Assembly (NCBI GenBank): GCA_038209695.1
Contig: JBBQXL010000005.1
Span: 2,181 to 66,180 of the forward strand
Direction of reading: 5' to 3'
DNA from: Hyphomicrobiales bacterium
GTDB lineage: Bacteria > Pseudomonadota > Alphaproteobacteria > Rhizobiales > Methyloligellaceae
DNA length: 64,000 nt
The notes beneath the pieces are model-generated. The model saw only the letters and a list, made by a program, of their open reading frames with translations, was not told the origin of the DNA and did not search any database. Positions 10,470 to 18,610 of this stretch are shown piece by piece (position 1 is the first letter of the stretch; each line of letters starts with the position of its first letter). The translations under genes were made by a program, and so were the position numbers.

Positions 10470-12230
10470 ATGACGATGGTGAATAAGGCGGCCCTACGCA
10501 AATGGGCGCCGCGGTCTCTTCTCCTTGCGGCGCTGGTCGCGGCTCCGGCCGCCTACTCAGAAGTCATTTCCGACGTGTCAGACGATCCCGGCACGCTGCT
10601 GGGCAACTACCTGTCCGGACGTGTGGCCCGCGGCGACCACGACACCATCGCCGCCGCCGATTTCTATTCCAAGGCTCTGGCCGAGGATCCCGGCAACGAG
10701 ATCATTCTGGAGCAGACCTTCCTGCTCGAAGCCGCCTCCGCCCATTGGGATCGCGCCATCGAGCTTGCCAAGGAGCTGGTCAAGATCGAGCCGGGCCACC
10801 GCATCGCCCGCTTCCTGCTCGGCTGTGAGGCGTTCAAGCAAGGCCGGTACAAGGACGCCGAGGAGGATTTCGCGGCGGCGCGCCAAGGGCCGATCGCCGA
10901 TCTGACCTCGACCCTCGCCCGCGCTTGGGTGCAGGAGGCCGACGGCCAGCCCGACGAAGCCTTCGCCACGCTCGACAGCCTGAGCGACGCCGACTGGGCC
11001 CAGTTCTATCAGCGCTATCACCGTGGTCTGATCGCCGATCTGGCCGGCAAGCACGACGTGGCGCGCCAGGCCTTTGCCCAGGCATTCAAGAAGAATCCGT
11101 CGACGCTGCGCGTTGCCGACGCCTATGCGCGCCATGCGTTGAACAACAATAATCGCCGGCTCGCTCGCCAGACGCTGACTACCCATATCGCCAAGTCCTC
11201 GGGGCATCCGCTGTCGGAGGCGCTGCTCGCCGAGATCGACGAGGGCAAGACGCCGCCGCTTCTGATCGCCACCCCGCAGCAGGGCCTCGCCGAGGTGTTC
11301 TACGGCATCGGCGATGCGCTGGCCGGCGAAGGTGGGCTCGACATGGGCATCATCTTCCTGCAATTCGCGCTCTATCTCGAGCCCGATTTTCCGCTCGCTT
11401 ACGCGGCGCTCGCCGAGGCTTATGACGGCGCCAAGAAATACGAGCTCGAGATGCAGGCGCTCGACCGGATCAAGCCGGACTCGCCGCTTTGGCTGAATGT
11501 GCAGATTCAGAAGTCTTTCGCGCTCAATTCGATGGAGCAGGTCGACGACGCCAAGGCGCTGCTTGAGGGACTGGTCAAGACCGATAACAAGGACGTTCGC
11601 CCGCTCGATGCGCTCGGCAACATCCTGCGCTCGCATGAGCGTTACGAAGAGGCGCGCGACTACTATACCCGCGCGCTGGCGTTGATCCCCAAACCCACCA
11701 AGGACAATTGGACGTTGTTCTACTCGCGTGGGGTGTGCAACGAGCGGCTCAAGGACTGGTCGGGCGCCGAGGCCGATTTCAAGGAAGCGCTCGTGCTGTC
11801 TCCGGACGAGTCCCTGGTGCTCAATTACCTCGGCTATTCCTGGGTCGACCAGGGCAGCAACCTGAAGCAGGCGATGGACTACATCCGCAAGGCGGTGAAG
11901 CTCAAGCCTGACGACGGCTACTATGTCGACAGCCTGGGCTGGGCCTATCTCCGGCTCGGCAATCTGCCGGCTGCGGTCGAGAATCTCGAACGCGCCGTCG
12001 AGCTCAAGCCCGACGACCCGATCATCAACGACCACCTTGGTGACGCCTATTGGAAAGTGGGCCGGACGCTCGAAGCCAAATATCAGTGGCAGCAGTCCCT
12101 GACGCTGAAGCCCGAGGACGACCAGATCGTCACCCTCAAGAAGAAGATCGAATCGGGCCTGCCGGAGACTGCCGAGACGAAATCGGCACAGGACCGCACC
12201 ATCGAGGCGGGTGAGAAGACGCCGCAATAG
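10470..12230 (+). CDS. Exported tetratricopeptide repeat protein
   Basis: Signal peptide, many TPRs (LNYLGYSW, YYVDSLGW, DHLGDAYW); usual position upstream of ispE. Confidence 0.9.
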   Translation: MTMVNKAALRKWAPRSLLLAALVAAPAAYSEVISDVSDDPGTLLGNYLSGRVARGDHDTIAAADFYSKALAEDPGNEIILEQTFLLEAASAHWDRAIELAKELVKIEPGHRIARFLLGCEAFKQGRYKDAEEDFAAARQGPIADLTSTLARAWVQEADGQPDEAFATLDSLSDADWAQFYQRYHRGLIADLAGKHDVARQAFAQAFKKNPSTLRVADAYARHALNNNNRRLARQTLTTHIAKSSGHPLSEALLAEIDEGKTPPLLIATPQQGLAEVFYGIGDALAGEGGLDMGIIFLQFALYLEPDFPLAYAALAEAYDGAKKYELEMQALDRIKPDSPLWLNVQIQKSFALNSMEQVDDAKALLEGLVKTDNKDVRPLDALGNILRSHERYEEARDYYTRALALIPKPTKDNWTLFYSRGVCNERLKDWSGAEADFKEALVLSPDESLVLNYLGYSWVDQGSNLKQAMDYIRKAVKLKPDDGYYVDSLGWAYLRLGNLPAAVENLERAVELKPDDPIINDHLGDAYWKVGRTLEAKYQWQQSLTLKPEDDQIVTLKKKIESGLPETAETKSAQDRTIEAGEKTPQ

Positions 12231-12254
12231 AACGCATGCGCGCGGAGGAGCGGC

Positions 12255-13124
12255 ATGACGGCGCTCCGGGATATCGGTCGGGCTAAGCTCAATCTGACGC
12301 TTGGCGTGCTCGGCCGCCGCGCCGACGGTTTTCATGAGCTCGACAGTCTGGTCGCCTTCGCCACTATCGGCGACGAGGTCGATCTCCAACCGTACAGCCC
12401 GCTTGAGCTTGATGTTGAAGGCCCGTTCGCCTGGAGCTTGGGCGGCGACAATCTCATCATCAAGGCCGCCACAGCCGCTGCGGCCGCGGTGCCGGGCCTG
12501 ACGCTCGGGCGCTTTCGCCTGGTCAAAATCCTCCCCGTCGCGTCGGGCCTTGGCGGCGGCTCGGCCGATGCCGCCGCCGCTCTGCGGCTGATCGCCCGCG
12601 CCAATGATGGCGCATTGAGCGAGTCAGCCCTGGCCGAGCTGGCGCCCAAGCTTGGCTCCGACGTGAGCGTCTGCCTCGAGAGCAGTCCCGCGTTGATCGC
12701 CGGCCGCGGCGAGAAGGTCGCGCCGGTTTCGGGCTTCCCTTCTTGCAGCGTGCTGCTCGCCAATCCGGGACAGGCGCTTGCCACCGAGGCGGTCTATGCC
12801 GCGCTGCGCGCCGCCCCCTTGGTCGCGACACCGCGCCCTCTCGCCGACCGGCTGAACTTCCACGGCGATTTCGAGGCACTGATCGCCTATGTGACCCCGC
12901 GCGGCAACGATCTCGAAGGGCCGGCGGCCCAGATCGTGCCCGAGATCAGGGAGGTGCTCGCCGCATTGCTGACGTTGGAAGGTGTGCGCCTTGCCCGACT
13001 GTCCGGCAGCGGGCCGACCTGCTTTTCGCTATTCGCCACCGAATCCGAAGCCAAGAGCGCCGGAGCGCGGCTCGCAGCCGAGTTTCCCACTTGGTGGATC
13101 GCCGCGGCGACGCTTGCCGCTTAG
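12255..13124 (+). CDS. ispE: 4-diphosphocytidyl-2-C-methyl-D-erythritol kinase
   Basis: AKLNLTL, KILPVASGLGGGSADAA, LGSDV, RLSGSGPTCF. Confidence 0.95.
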   Translation: MTALRDIGRAKLNLTLGVLGRRADGFHELDSLVAFATIGDEVDLQPYSPLELDVEGPFAWSLGGDNLIIKAATAAAAAVPGLTLGRFRLVKILPVASGLGGGSADAAAALRLIARANDGALSESALAELAPKLGSDVSVCLESSPALIAGRGEKVAPVSGFPSCSVLLANPGQALATEAVYAALRAAPLVATPRPLADRLNFHGDFEALIAYVTPRGNDLEGPAAQIVPEIREVLAALLTLEGVRLARLSGSGPTCFSLFATESEAKSAGARLAAEFPTWWIAAATLAA

Positions 13125-14137
13125 AACGGGCGGTCGACGCAGAATTCGATCGCCTCCCGCAATGCCGCCTTGGCGCCGGAATCGGGGAAGATGGCCAGCG
13201 CGTCGCGGGCGATGGCGCCGTAATGGCGGGCCCGTTCCATCGTGTCTCTCAAGGCGTCGTGCTGCGTCATTAATCTCATCGCCTCGGCGAGATCGTCCTC
13301 GCCGATCTCGCCGTCCTGGAGCGTGCGCTGCCAGAACGCCCGTTCCGATTCATTGCCGCGGCGGTAGCACAGCACCACCGGCAGCGTGATCTTGCCCTCG
13401 CGAAAATCGTCGCCCACGCTCTTGCCGAGCGTCGACGGCTCGCCCGAATAATCGAGCGCATCGTCCACCAACTGGAAGGCAAGGCCGAGATTGCGGCCAT
13501 AGGAGCGCAAGGCGGCGGCCTCCGATTTCGGCCGCTCGGCGATCACCGCGCCGACTTCCGCCGCCGCCGCGAACAGCGCCGCGGTCTTGGCGTCGATCAC
13601 CGCCAGGTAGTCGTCCTCGGTGGTCTCGGTGTTCTTGGCGGTGATGAGCTGCATCACCTCGCCCTCGGCGATCACCGCCGCCGCGTCCGACAGGATGCGC
13701 AAGCACCCGAGCGAGCCGACATCGACCATCATCTTGAACGCTTGGCCGAGCAGGAAATCGCCGACCAGCACGCTCGCCTCGTTGCCCCATAGCAGCCGCG
13801 CCGCCGCCTTGCCCCGGCGGAGGTTGCTCTCGTCGACCACGTCGTCATGCAGCAGCGTCGCCGTATGCATGAACTCCACGCTGGCGGCGAGCTGCACATG
13901 GCCATCGCCGCCGTATCCGCACAGCCTGGCGGCGGCCAGCGTGAGCATCGGGCGCAGGCGCTTGCCGCCGGAATCGATCAGATGCCGGGCAAGCTCGGGG
14001 ATCAGCTCGACATTCGATCTGGCGCGGTCGAGGATGATGCGGTTGACATGAGCCATGTCCTCCTCGACAAGCGCCACGAGTGGCGCGAGGCTCGCTGTTG
14101 GATCGTTCGCGCCGGCAAGATTAACCACTACTCCCAA
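13121..14137 (-). CDS. ispB: Polyprenyl diphosphate synthase (IspB-like)
   Basis: GGKRLRP, LLHDDVVD, FQLVDDALD, GDDFREGKITLP. Confidence 0.92.
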   Translation of the reverse strand: MGVVVNLAGANDPTASLAPLVALVEEDMAHVNRIILDRARSNVELIPELARHLIDSGGKRLRPMLTLAAARLCGYGGDGHVQLAASVEFMHTATLLHDDVVDESNLRRGKAAARLLWGNEASVLVGDFLLGQAFKMMVDVGSLGCLRILSDAAAVIAEGEVMQLITAKNTETTEDDYLAVIDAKTAALFAAAAEVGAVIAERPKSEAAALRSYGRNLGLAFQLVDDALDYSGEPSTLGKSVGDDFREGKITLPVVLCYRRGNESERAFWQRTLQDGEIGEDDLAEAMRLMTQHDALRDTMERARHYGAIARDALAIFPDSGAKAALREAIEFCVDRPF

Positions 14138-14242
14138 GGGACTTTCTCCTATTATCGGCCGGAGGCCAGTTTAGCGGTATTGTCGGCGGTCCGCCGTCAA
14201 GGTCAAGCCGCTCCGGCATAGGACATGAGGCTCAGGCCAGCC

Positions 14243-14476
14243 ATGAAGGAATTATTGCGGTCGAACGATCCGGTGCTTCTGTCCTATGTCAGCGCCCTGC
14301 TGGAGGAGGGAGACATCGCCTTTATGGTCGCCGACACCAATATGAGCGTGCTTGAGGGCTCGATCGGCGTGCTGCCCCGGCGCGTCTTGGTCGAAAGCGA
14401 GAAGATTGGACAGGCGCGCAACATCCTCACCGAGGCCGATCTCGGCCATGTCATCACCGACGATCAAAAAACCTAG
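14243..14476 (+). CDS. DUF2007-family small protein
   Basis: MKELLRSNDPV...ADTNMSVLEGSIGVLPRRVLV; usual position next to ispB. Confidence 0.8.
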   Translation: MKELLRSNDPVLLSYVSALLEEGDIAFMVADTNMSVLEGSIGVLPRRVLVESEKIGQARNILTEADLGHVITDDQKT

Positions 14477-15284
14477 CGTCCGGCGGGCGCCGGCCGACGT
14501 CACCAGCACCGACGATTTCCTCGGCGGCCGCATTAGCATCGTGCAGCCGCGCGGCGGACATAGGGCGGGCAGCGACGCGGTTTTTCTTGCCGCTGCGGTC
14601 CCGGCGCAAGCCGGCGAGCGCGTGCTCGATATTGGCGCGGGCGTCGGGGTGGCCGGGCTTTGTCTGTTGGCGCGCGTGCCTGGCATCGCCGTGACCGGCG
14701 TCGAGATCGACCCCGCGCTGAGCGCACTGGCCGCTCGGAACGCCGGGCGGAACGGCTTTGCCGAACGGTTCGAGATCATCAATGCCGATGTCACCTCCCC
14801 CGGCAAATTGCTGCGCGCCGCGGGCCTGAAACGGGAGAGCTATCATCACCTGATCGCCAATCCGCCGTTCCACGCCGAAGGCAGGGTGAGAGAGGCGCCC
14901 GATGCCACGCGCGCCACCGCTCATGTCATGGGGGCGGGCGGTCTTGCCGCCTGGGTGCGCTTCTTCGCCGCCATGGGCGCGCCGAACGCGCTGCTCACGC
15001 TGATCCATCGGCCTGATCGTCTTGGCGAGTTGCTGGCGCTGCTTGACCGAAGATTCGGAGACATCGCCGTCTTGCCGCTGTTCCCCAAGAAGGGCGAACC
15101 GGCGACCCGCATCATCGTGCAGGCCAAGAAAGGCAGCAGGGCCGGGCTCAGCCTTTTGCCTGGCCTGCTCTTGCACGAAGAAGACGGACGTTACACTGAA
15201 GCGGCTGAAGCCGTGCTCAGGGGCGGCGCGGCGCTTGCCCTGCGCGCAGCGCCCAAAAGAAAGGGCCGCCGCCTAGGGGGGTAA
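14448..15284 (+). CDS. SAM-dependent methyltransferase, tRNA1(Val) A37-N6 methyltransferase-like
   Basis: GHRAGSDA, LDIGAGVG, ANPPF motifs. Confidence 0.85.
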   Translation: MSSPTIKKPSVRRAPADVTSTDDFLGGRISIVQPRGGHRAGSDAVFLAAAVPAQAGERVLDIGAGVGVAGLCLLARVPGIAVTGVEIDPALSALAARNAGRNGFAERFEIINADVTSPGKLLRAAGLKRESYHHLIANPPFHAEGRVREAPDATRATAHVMGAGGLAAWVRFFAAMGAPNALLTLIHRPDRLGELLALLDRRFGDIAVLPLFPKKGEPATRIIVQAKKGSRAGLSLLPGLLLHEEDGRYTEAAEAVLRGGAALALRAAPKRKGRRLGG

Positions 15285-15360
15285 GGCGGCAGCCCTCGTT
15301 CGCCCGAGGTGAGGAGGGGTCTCGAGCTCGCGAGGATGGTCTAGCGCGAGCTCGTTGAAC
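15255..15360 (-). ncRNA. Candidate three-hairpin small RNA with C-rich loops (cuckoo/alpha-r14-like)
   Basis: Minus-strand hairpins with loops CUAGACCAUCCU, CCCCUCCUCAC and UACCCCCCU. The last is followed by UUUCUUUU (terminator). Confidence 0.55.
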
Positions 15361-15376
15361 CGAAGCTGAGGGCGCC

Positions 15377-15391
15377 GTTCATCTGACGTTC
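15377..15391. promoter_or_regulatory. GTTC-N7-GTTC direct repeat (LexA-consensus match or other regulator site)
   Basis: GTTC-ATCTGAC-GTTC just upstream of the sRNA candidate. Confidence 0.5.
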
Positions 15392-15404
15392 AGGGAAGAC
15401 CTTT

Positions 15405-15449
15405 TTAGAAAAGCCAAAGGGCCGCGCCCGGTTCGGGAACGGCCCTTTG
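15405..15449 (-). terminator. Rho-independent terminator of the small secreted-protein gene
   Basis: CAAAGGGCCG...CGGCCCTTTG stem followed on the minus strand by GCTTTTCT. Confidence 0.65.
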
Positions 15450-15480
15450 CAATCGTCAGGCGCCTTGGCGGCGCGTGAGC

Positions 15481-15729
15481 CTAGTACCAGCCGCGATAGT
15501 AGCGGCCGCGCCAATAGGGGTAATAGCCGTAGGGGTAACCGGCGGCGTAGGGCCCCCCGTAGCGATAACGCGGAGCGTACCAGCCCCAGCGCGGCCCGAC
15601 ATAAACGTTCACACCGGGTCCGCCCCAGCCGCCGCGACGCCATCCGGCTTCCGCGGAATTTGGGGACAGGGTGACGAAGGCGAGCACGAGGGCCGCCAGT
15701 GCCACCGCCAAAGTCGCAAGCTTGCTCAT
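15481..15729 (-). CDS. Small secreted Gly/Tyr/Arg/Trp-rich protein
   Basis: RBS GAGGAGG, signal peptide ending AEA, low-complexity mature part. Confidence 0.8.
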   Translation of the reverse strand: MSKLATLAVALAALVLAFVTLSPNSAEAGWRRGGWGGPGVNVYVGPRWGWYAPRYRYGGPYAAGYPYGYYPYWRGRYYRGWY

Positions 15730-15961
15730 CGATTCCTCCTCGAAAGTTTGCCGGCAACGCGGTCTCCGCCGAGACGCGCCGCCGAGGCGGGGTGCACCCC
15801 ACCTTCAACACCGATTATAGCAAGGAGTTCTGGCGGCCTCATGGCATCGCTAAGTTGCGCTAACCAAACGCTTAAAGGCCGCCGCCATCTGATTTTTATT
15901 GGCACAGAATTAGCCGCGCCGCCTTTTATTTGGCGCAAGCTGCGCTATACCTTAAGCAGCC

Positions 15962-16858
15962 ATGAACGCTTTCCTCGACGACCTCACCCGCCCCGACAGC
16001 TGGAAGAGCTATCTGCCCACCGCCTGGACCAAGCGCGGTCCGGTCATTCCCGTGCTCAGATTCAGCGGCGCGATCGGCGTGGTCACGCCGCTCCGGCCTG
16101 GGCTGTCGCTGTCAACGTCCGCCGCCGCCATCGACAAGGCGTTCTCGATGAGCGGCGCCAAGGCGGTCGCCATCCAAATCAACTCTCCCGGGGGCTCGGC
16201 GGTGCAGTCGATGCTGATCTACAAGCGCATCAGGGCGCTCGCCGTGGAGAAGAACCTCAAGGTCTATATTTTCGCCGAGGACGTCGCCGCCTCGGGCGGG
16301 TACCTACTCGCGCTGGCCGGCGACGAGATCTATGCCGACCCAGCCTCGATCGTCGGCTCGGTCGGCGTGATCACATCGGGCTTCGGTCTGCACGAGCTGA
16401 TCAGCAAGATCGGCGTCGAGCGCCGGGTCATCACCGCCGGCGCTAACAAGGATACGCTCGATCCGTTCCTGCCGCAGAAGCCGGAGGACGTCGAGCGGAT
16501 CAAGGCGCTCCAGCTCGACGTGCATCAGTCCTTCATCGATCTGGTCAAGACGCGCCGCGGCGACAAGCTCGACAAGGCCGACATCGACCTGTTCACCGGC
16601 GAATTCTGGTCCGGCAAGCGGGCGCTTGAACTCGGCCTGATCGACGGGCATTCCGATCTCCGCACCAAGATGCGCGAGATTTACGGCGACGATGTCCGTC
16701 TCAAGCTGGTGATGCCGTCGACCTCGTGGTTCCGCCGCCGGCGCAGCGTGTTCGCCGAGGGTGGCGCGTTCGAGCTCGGCTTCTCGCCGGGCGTCTTTGC
16801 CGCCGATCTCATCTCGGCGATCGAAGCCCGCGCGCTGTGGTCGCGGTTCGGATTTTAA
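15962..16858 (+). CDS. S49 family peptidase (SppA/SohB-like)
   Basis: INSPGGS, DVAASGGY, SIVGSVGV, LFTGEFW. Confidence 0.92.
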   Translation: MNAFLDDLTRPDSWKSYLPTAWTKRGPVIPVLRFSGAIGVVTPLRPGLSLSTSAAAIDKAFSMSGAKAVAIQINSPGGSAVQSMLIYKRIRALAVEKNLKVYIFAEDVAASGGYLLALAGDEIYADPASIVGSVGVITSGFGLHELISKIGVERRVITAGANKDTLDPFLPQKPEDVERIKALQLDVHQSFIDLVKTRRGDKLDKADIDLFTGEFWSGKRALELGLIDGHSDLRTKMREIYGDDVRLKLVMPSTSWFRRRRSVFAEGGAFELGFSPGVFAADLISAIEARALWSRFGF

Positions 16859-16859
16859 G

Positions 16860-17060
16860 ATGCCGCAAATACTCCTCCTGTTCGCCGCGGGCGCCGGCCT
16901 GGTTCTGGCCGGACGGCGCTGGTATGTGCGCGAGCGCAGCCGCATCGCCGCCGAACTGCGCGCCGCCAAGGAGGCCATGGACCAGGATCAGGCCAGCCCG
17001 ATCGTGCCGCTGGAAGCCGACCCCCTGACCGGCGTCTACCGGCCGAAACGGCTGCACTAA
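16860..17060 (+). CDS. Small membrane-anchored hypothetical protein
   Basis: MPQILLLFAAGAGLV TM segment, C-terminal LEADPLTGVYRP; starts directly after the S49 stop. Confidence 0.7.
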   Translation: MPQILLLFAAGAGLVLAGRRWYVRERSRIAAELRAAKEAMDQDQASPIVPLEADPLTGVYRPKRLH

Positions 17061-17081
17061 GGCCCTATCAGCAACGCAACC

Positions 17082-17127
17082 CGTCATGGCCGGGCTTGTC
17101 CCGGCCATCGACGTCTTGGTCATGACG
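17082..17127 (+). repeat. Rhizobial intergenic palindromic repeat (GTCATGGCCGGGCTTGTCCCGGCCATC type), internally deleted copy
   Basis: ATGGCCGGG-CTTGT-CCCGGCCAT hairpin bounded by CGTCATG...CATGACG ends. Confidence 0.75.
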
Positions 17128-17202
17128 ATTCAAATAGAACCGATTTTGCTTTAGCGTCCCGCCAGATTTCAGAGTCGCCTCACAACGGTTGTCCCGACAC
17201 CC

Positions 17203-18132
17203 ATGTCCAAGCCAAGCAAATCCGCTAAGCATGGCGCGCCGTCCTTCCAGGACTTGATCCTCAGGCTCGAGCGCTTCTGGGCCGATCGGGGCTGCGTCAT
17301 TCTCCAGCCTTACGATTTGGAGATGGGGGCGGGGACCTTCCATCCGGCCACCACACTGCGCTCGCTCGGGCCCAAGCCCTGGCGCGCCGCCTATGTCCAG
17401 CCCTGCCGCCGGCCCAAGGACGGCCGCTACGGCGAGAACCCCAACCGGCTCCAGCACTACTACCAGTTCCAGGTGATCCTCAAACCCTCGCCGCCCGACC
17501 TCCAAGACCTCTATCTCGAAAGTCTCGTCGCCATCGGCATCGATCCCCTGAAGCATGACATCCGCTTCGTCGAGGACGACTGGGAGAGCCCGACCCTTGG
17601 CGCCTGGGGGCTCGGCTGGGAGGTGTGGCTGGACGGCATGGAGGTGACGCAGTTCACCTATTTCCAGCAGGTCGGCGGCTTCGACTGCGACCCCGTCTCC
17701 GGCGAACTGACCTATGGGCTCGAGCGCCTCGCCATGTATGTGCAGGGCGTCGATCGCGTGTTCGACCTCGACTTCAATGGCGGGGAGGGCAAGTACAAGG
17801 TCACCTATGGCGATGTGTTCCTACAAGGAGAGCAGGAATATTCGCGCTACAATTTCGAGTACGCCGACACCGGCCTGCTGCTCGATCATTTCCGCGACGC
17901 CGAGAAGGAATGTAAAGCGCTGTTGGCCAAGGGCGAAGACGGCAAGCGCCATGCGATGGTGCTGCCGGCCTACGACCAGGCGATCAAGGCCTCGCATATT
18001 TTCAATCTGCTCGACGCCCGCGGCGTGATCTCGGTGACCGAGCGGCAGGCCTATATCTTGCGCGTGCGGGATCTCACCAAGGCCTGTTGCGCCGCGTGGC
18101 TCAAGACCGAGGCGGGCGGCGCCGATGCTTGA
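17203..18132 (+). CDS. glyQ: Glycine--tRNA ligase alpha subunit
   Basis: [46 protein letters not shown]. Confidence 0.97.
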   Translation: MSKPSKSAKHGAPSFQDLILRLERFWADRGCVILQPYDLEMGAGTFHPATTLRSLGPKPWRAAYVQPCRRPKDGRYGENPNRLQHYYQFQVILKPSPPDLQDLYLESLVAIGIDPLKHDIRFVEDDWESPTLGAWGLGWEVWLDGMEVTQFTYFQQVGGFDCDPVSGELTYGLERLAMYVQGVDRVFDLDFNGGEGKYKVTYGDVFLQGEQEYSRYNFEYADTGLLLDHFRDAEKECKALLAKGEDGKRHAMVLPAYDQAIKASHIFNLLDARGVISVTERQAYILRVRDLTKACCAAWLKTEAGGADA

Positions 18133-18607
18133 GACCTATCGCGACACTGAGCCACCGCCGCAAGCTCGCACCCCGGCGCTGAAGCCGCGACTCAAATCCT
18201 GGACCGGCCGGGTATGGCGCTCCTCGCCGCAGAGCTTCCAGCTGATGCTGAAGCTCGATGCCAGCCTGGCGACTTCCGAGATCGAGGATGCGGGCTTGCG
18301 CGCGGCGTTGTCCCCCTTCGCCGCCGACCTCATGAGCTTCCCGCTTTATCTCGATTACACCGACGAGAACCATCTGCCGGTGTCTTGGGCAGTCGGCGCC
18401 TTCTATGTCGAGCGCGGCAAGAACGCCTTCATGCGCTTCTACGATTTTCTGGAATCGGTGCCGGCGCATGTGCTGGTGACGCTGCTGCCGGCTGCCGGCG
18501 CCCAGTCAGATCTCATCTTAAGTGTCATTCCCTATGTCGTTGAAACGAATCGATTGATCTTCGCCATCGCCGACTACGATCTCGGCTTTCATAACCGCAT
18601 CGGCTAG
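18125..18607 (+). CDS. Hypothetical protein between glyQ and glyS
   Basis: 160-aa ORF overlapping the glyQ stop and ending 3 bp before glyS; host-like codon usage. Confidence 0.75.
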   Translation: MLETYRDTEPPPQARTPALKPRLKSWTGRVWRSSPQSFQLMLKLDASLATSEIEDAGLRAALSPFAADLMSFPLYLDYTDENHLPVSWAVGAFYVERGKNAFMRFYDFLESVPAHVLVTLLPAAGAQSDLILSVIPYVVETNRLIFAIADYDLGFHNRIG

Positions 18608-18610
18608 GAC

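Noticed and set aside
8573-12389. Long antisense ORFs (551 and 603 aa), and similar ones at 22493..23839, 28334..29698, 31273..32937, 35496..36773 and 53984..54982
   Set aside because: Shadow frames of well-supported genes in high-GC DNA; no motifs or RBS.
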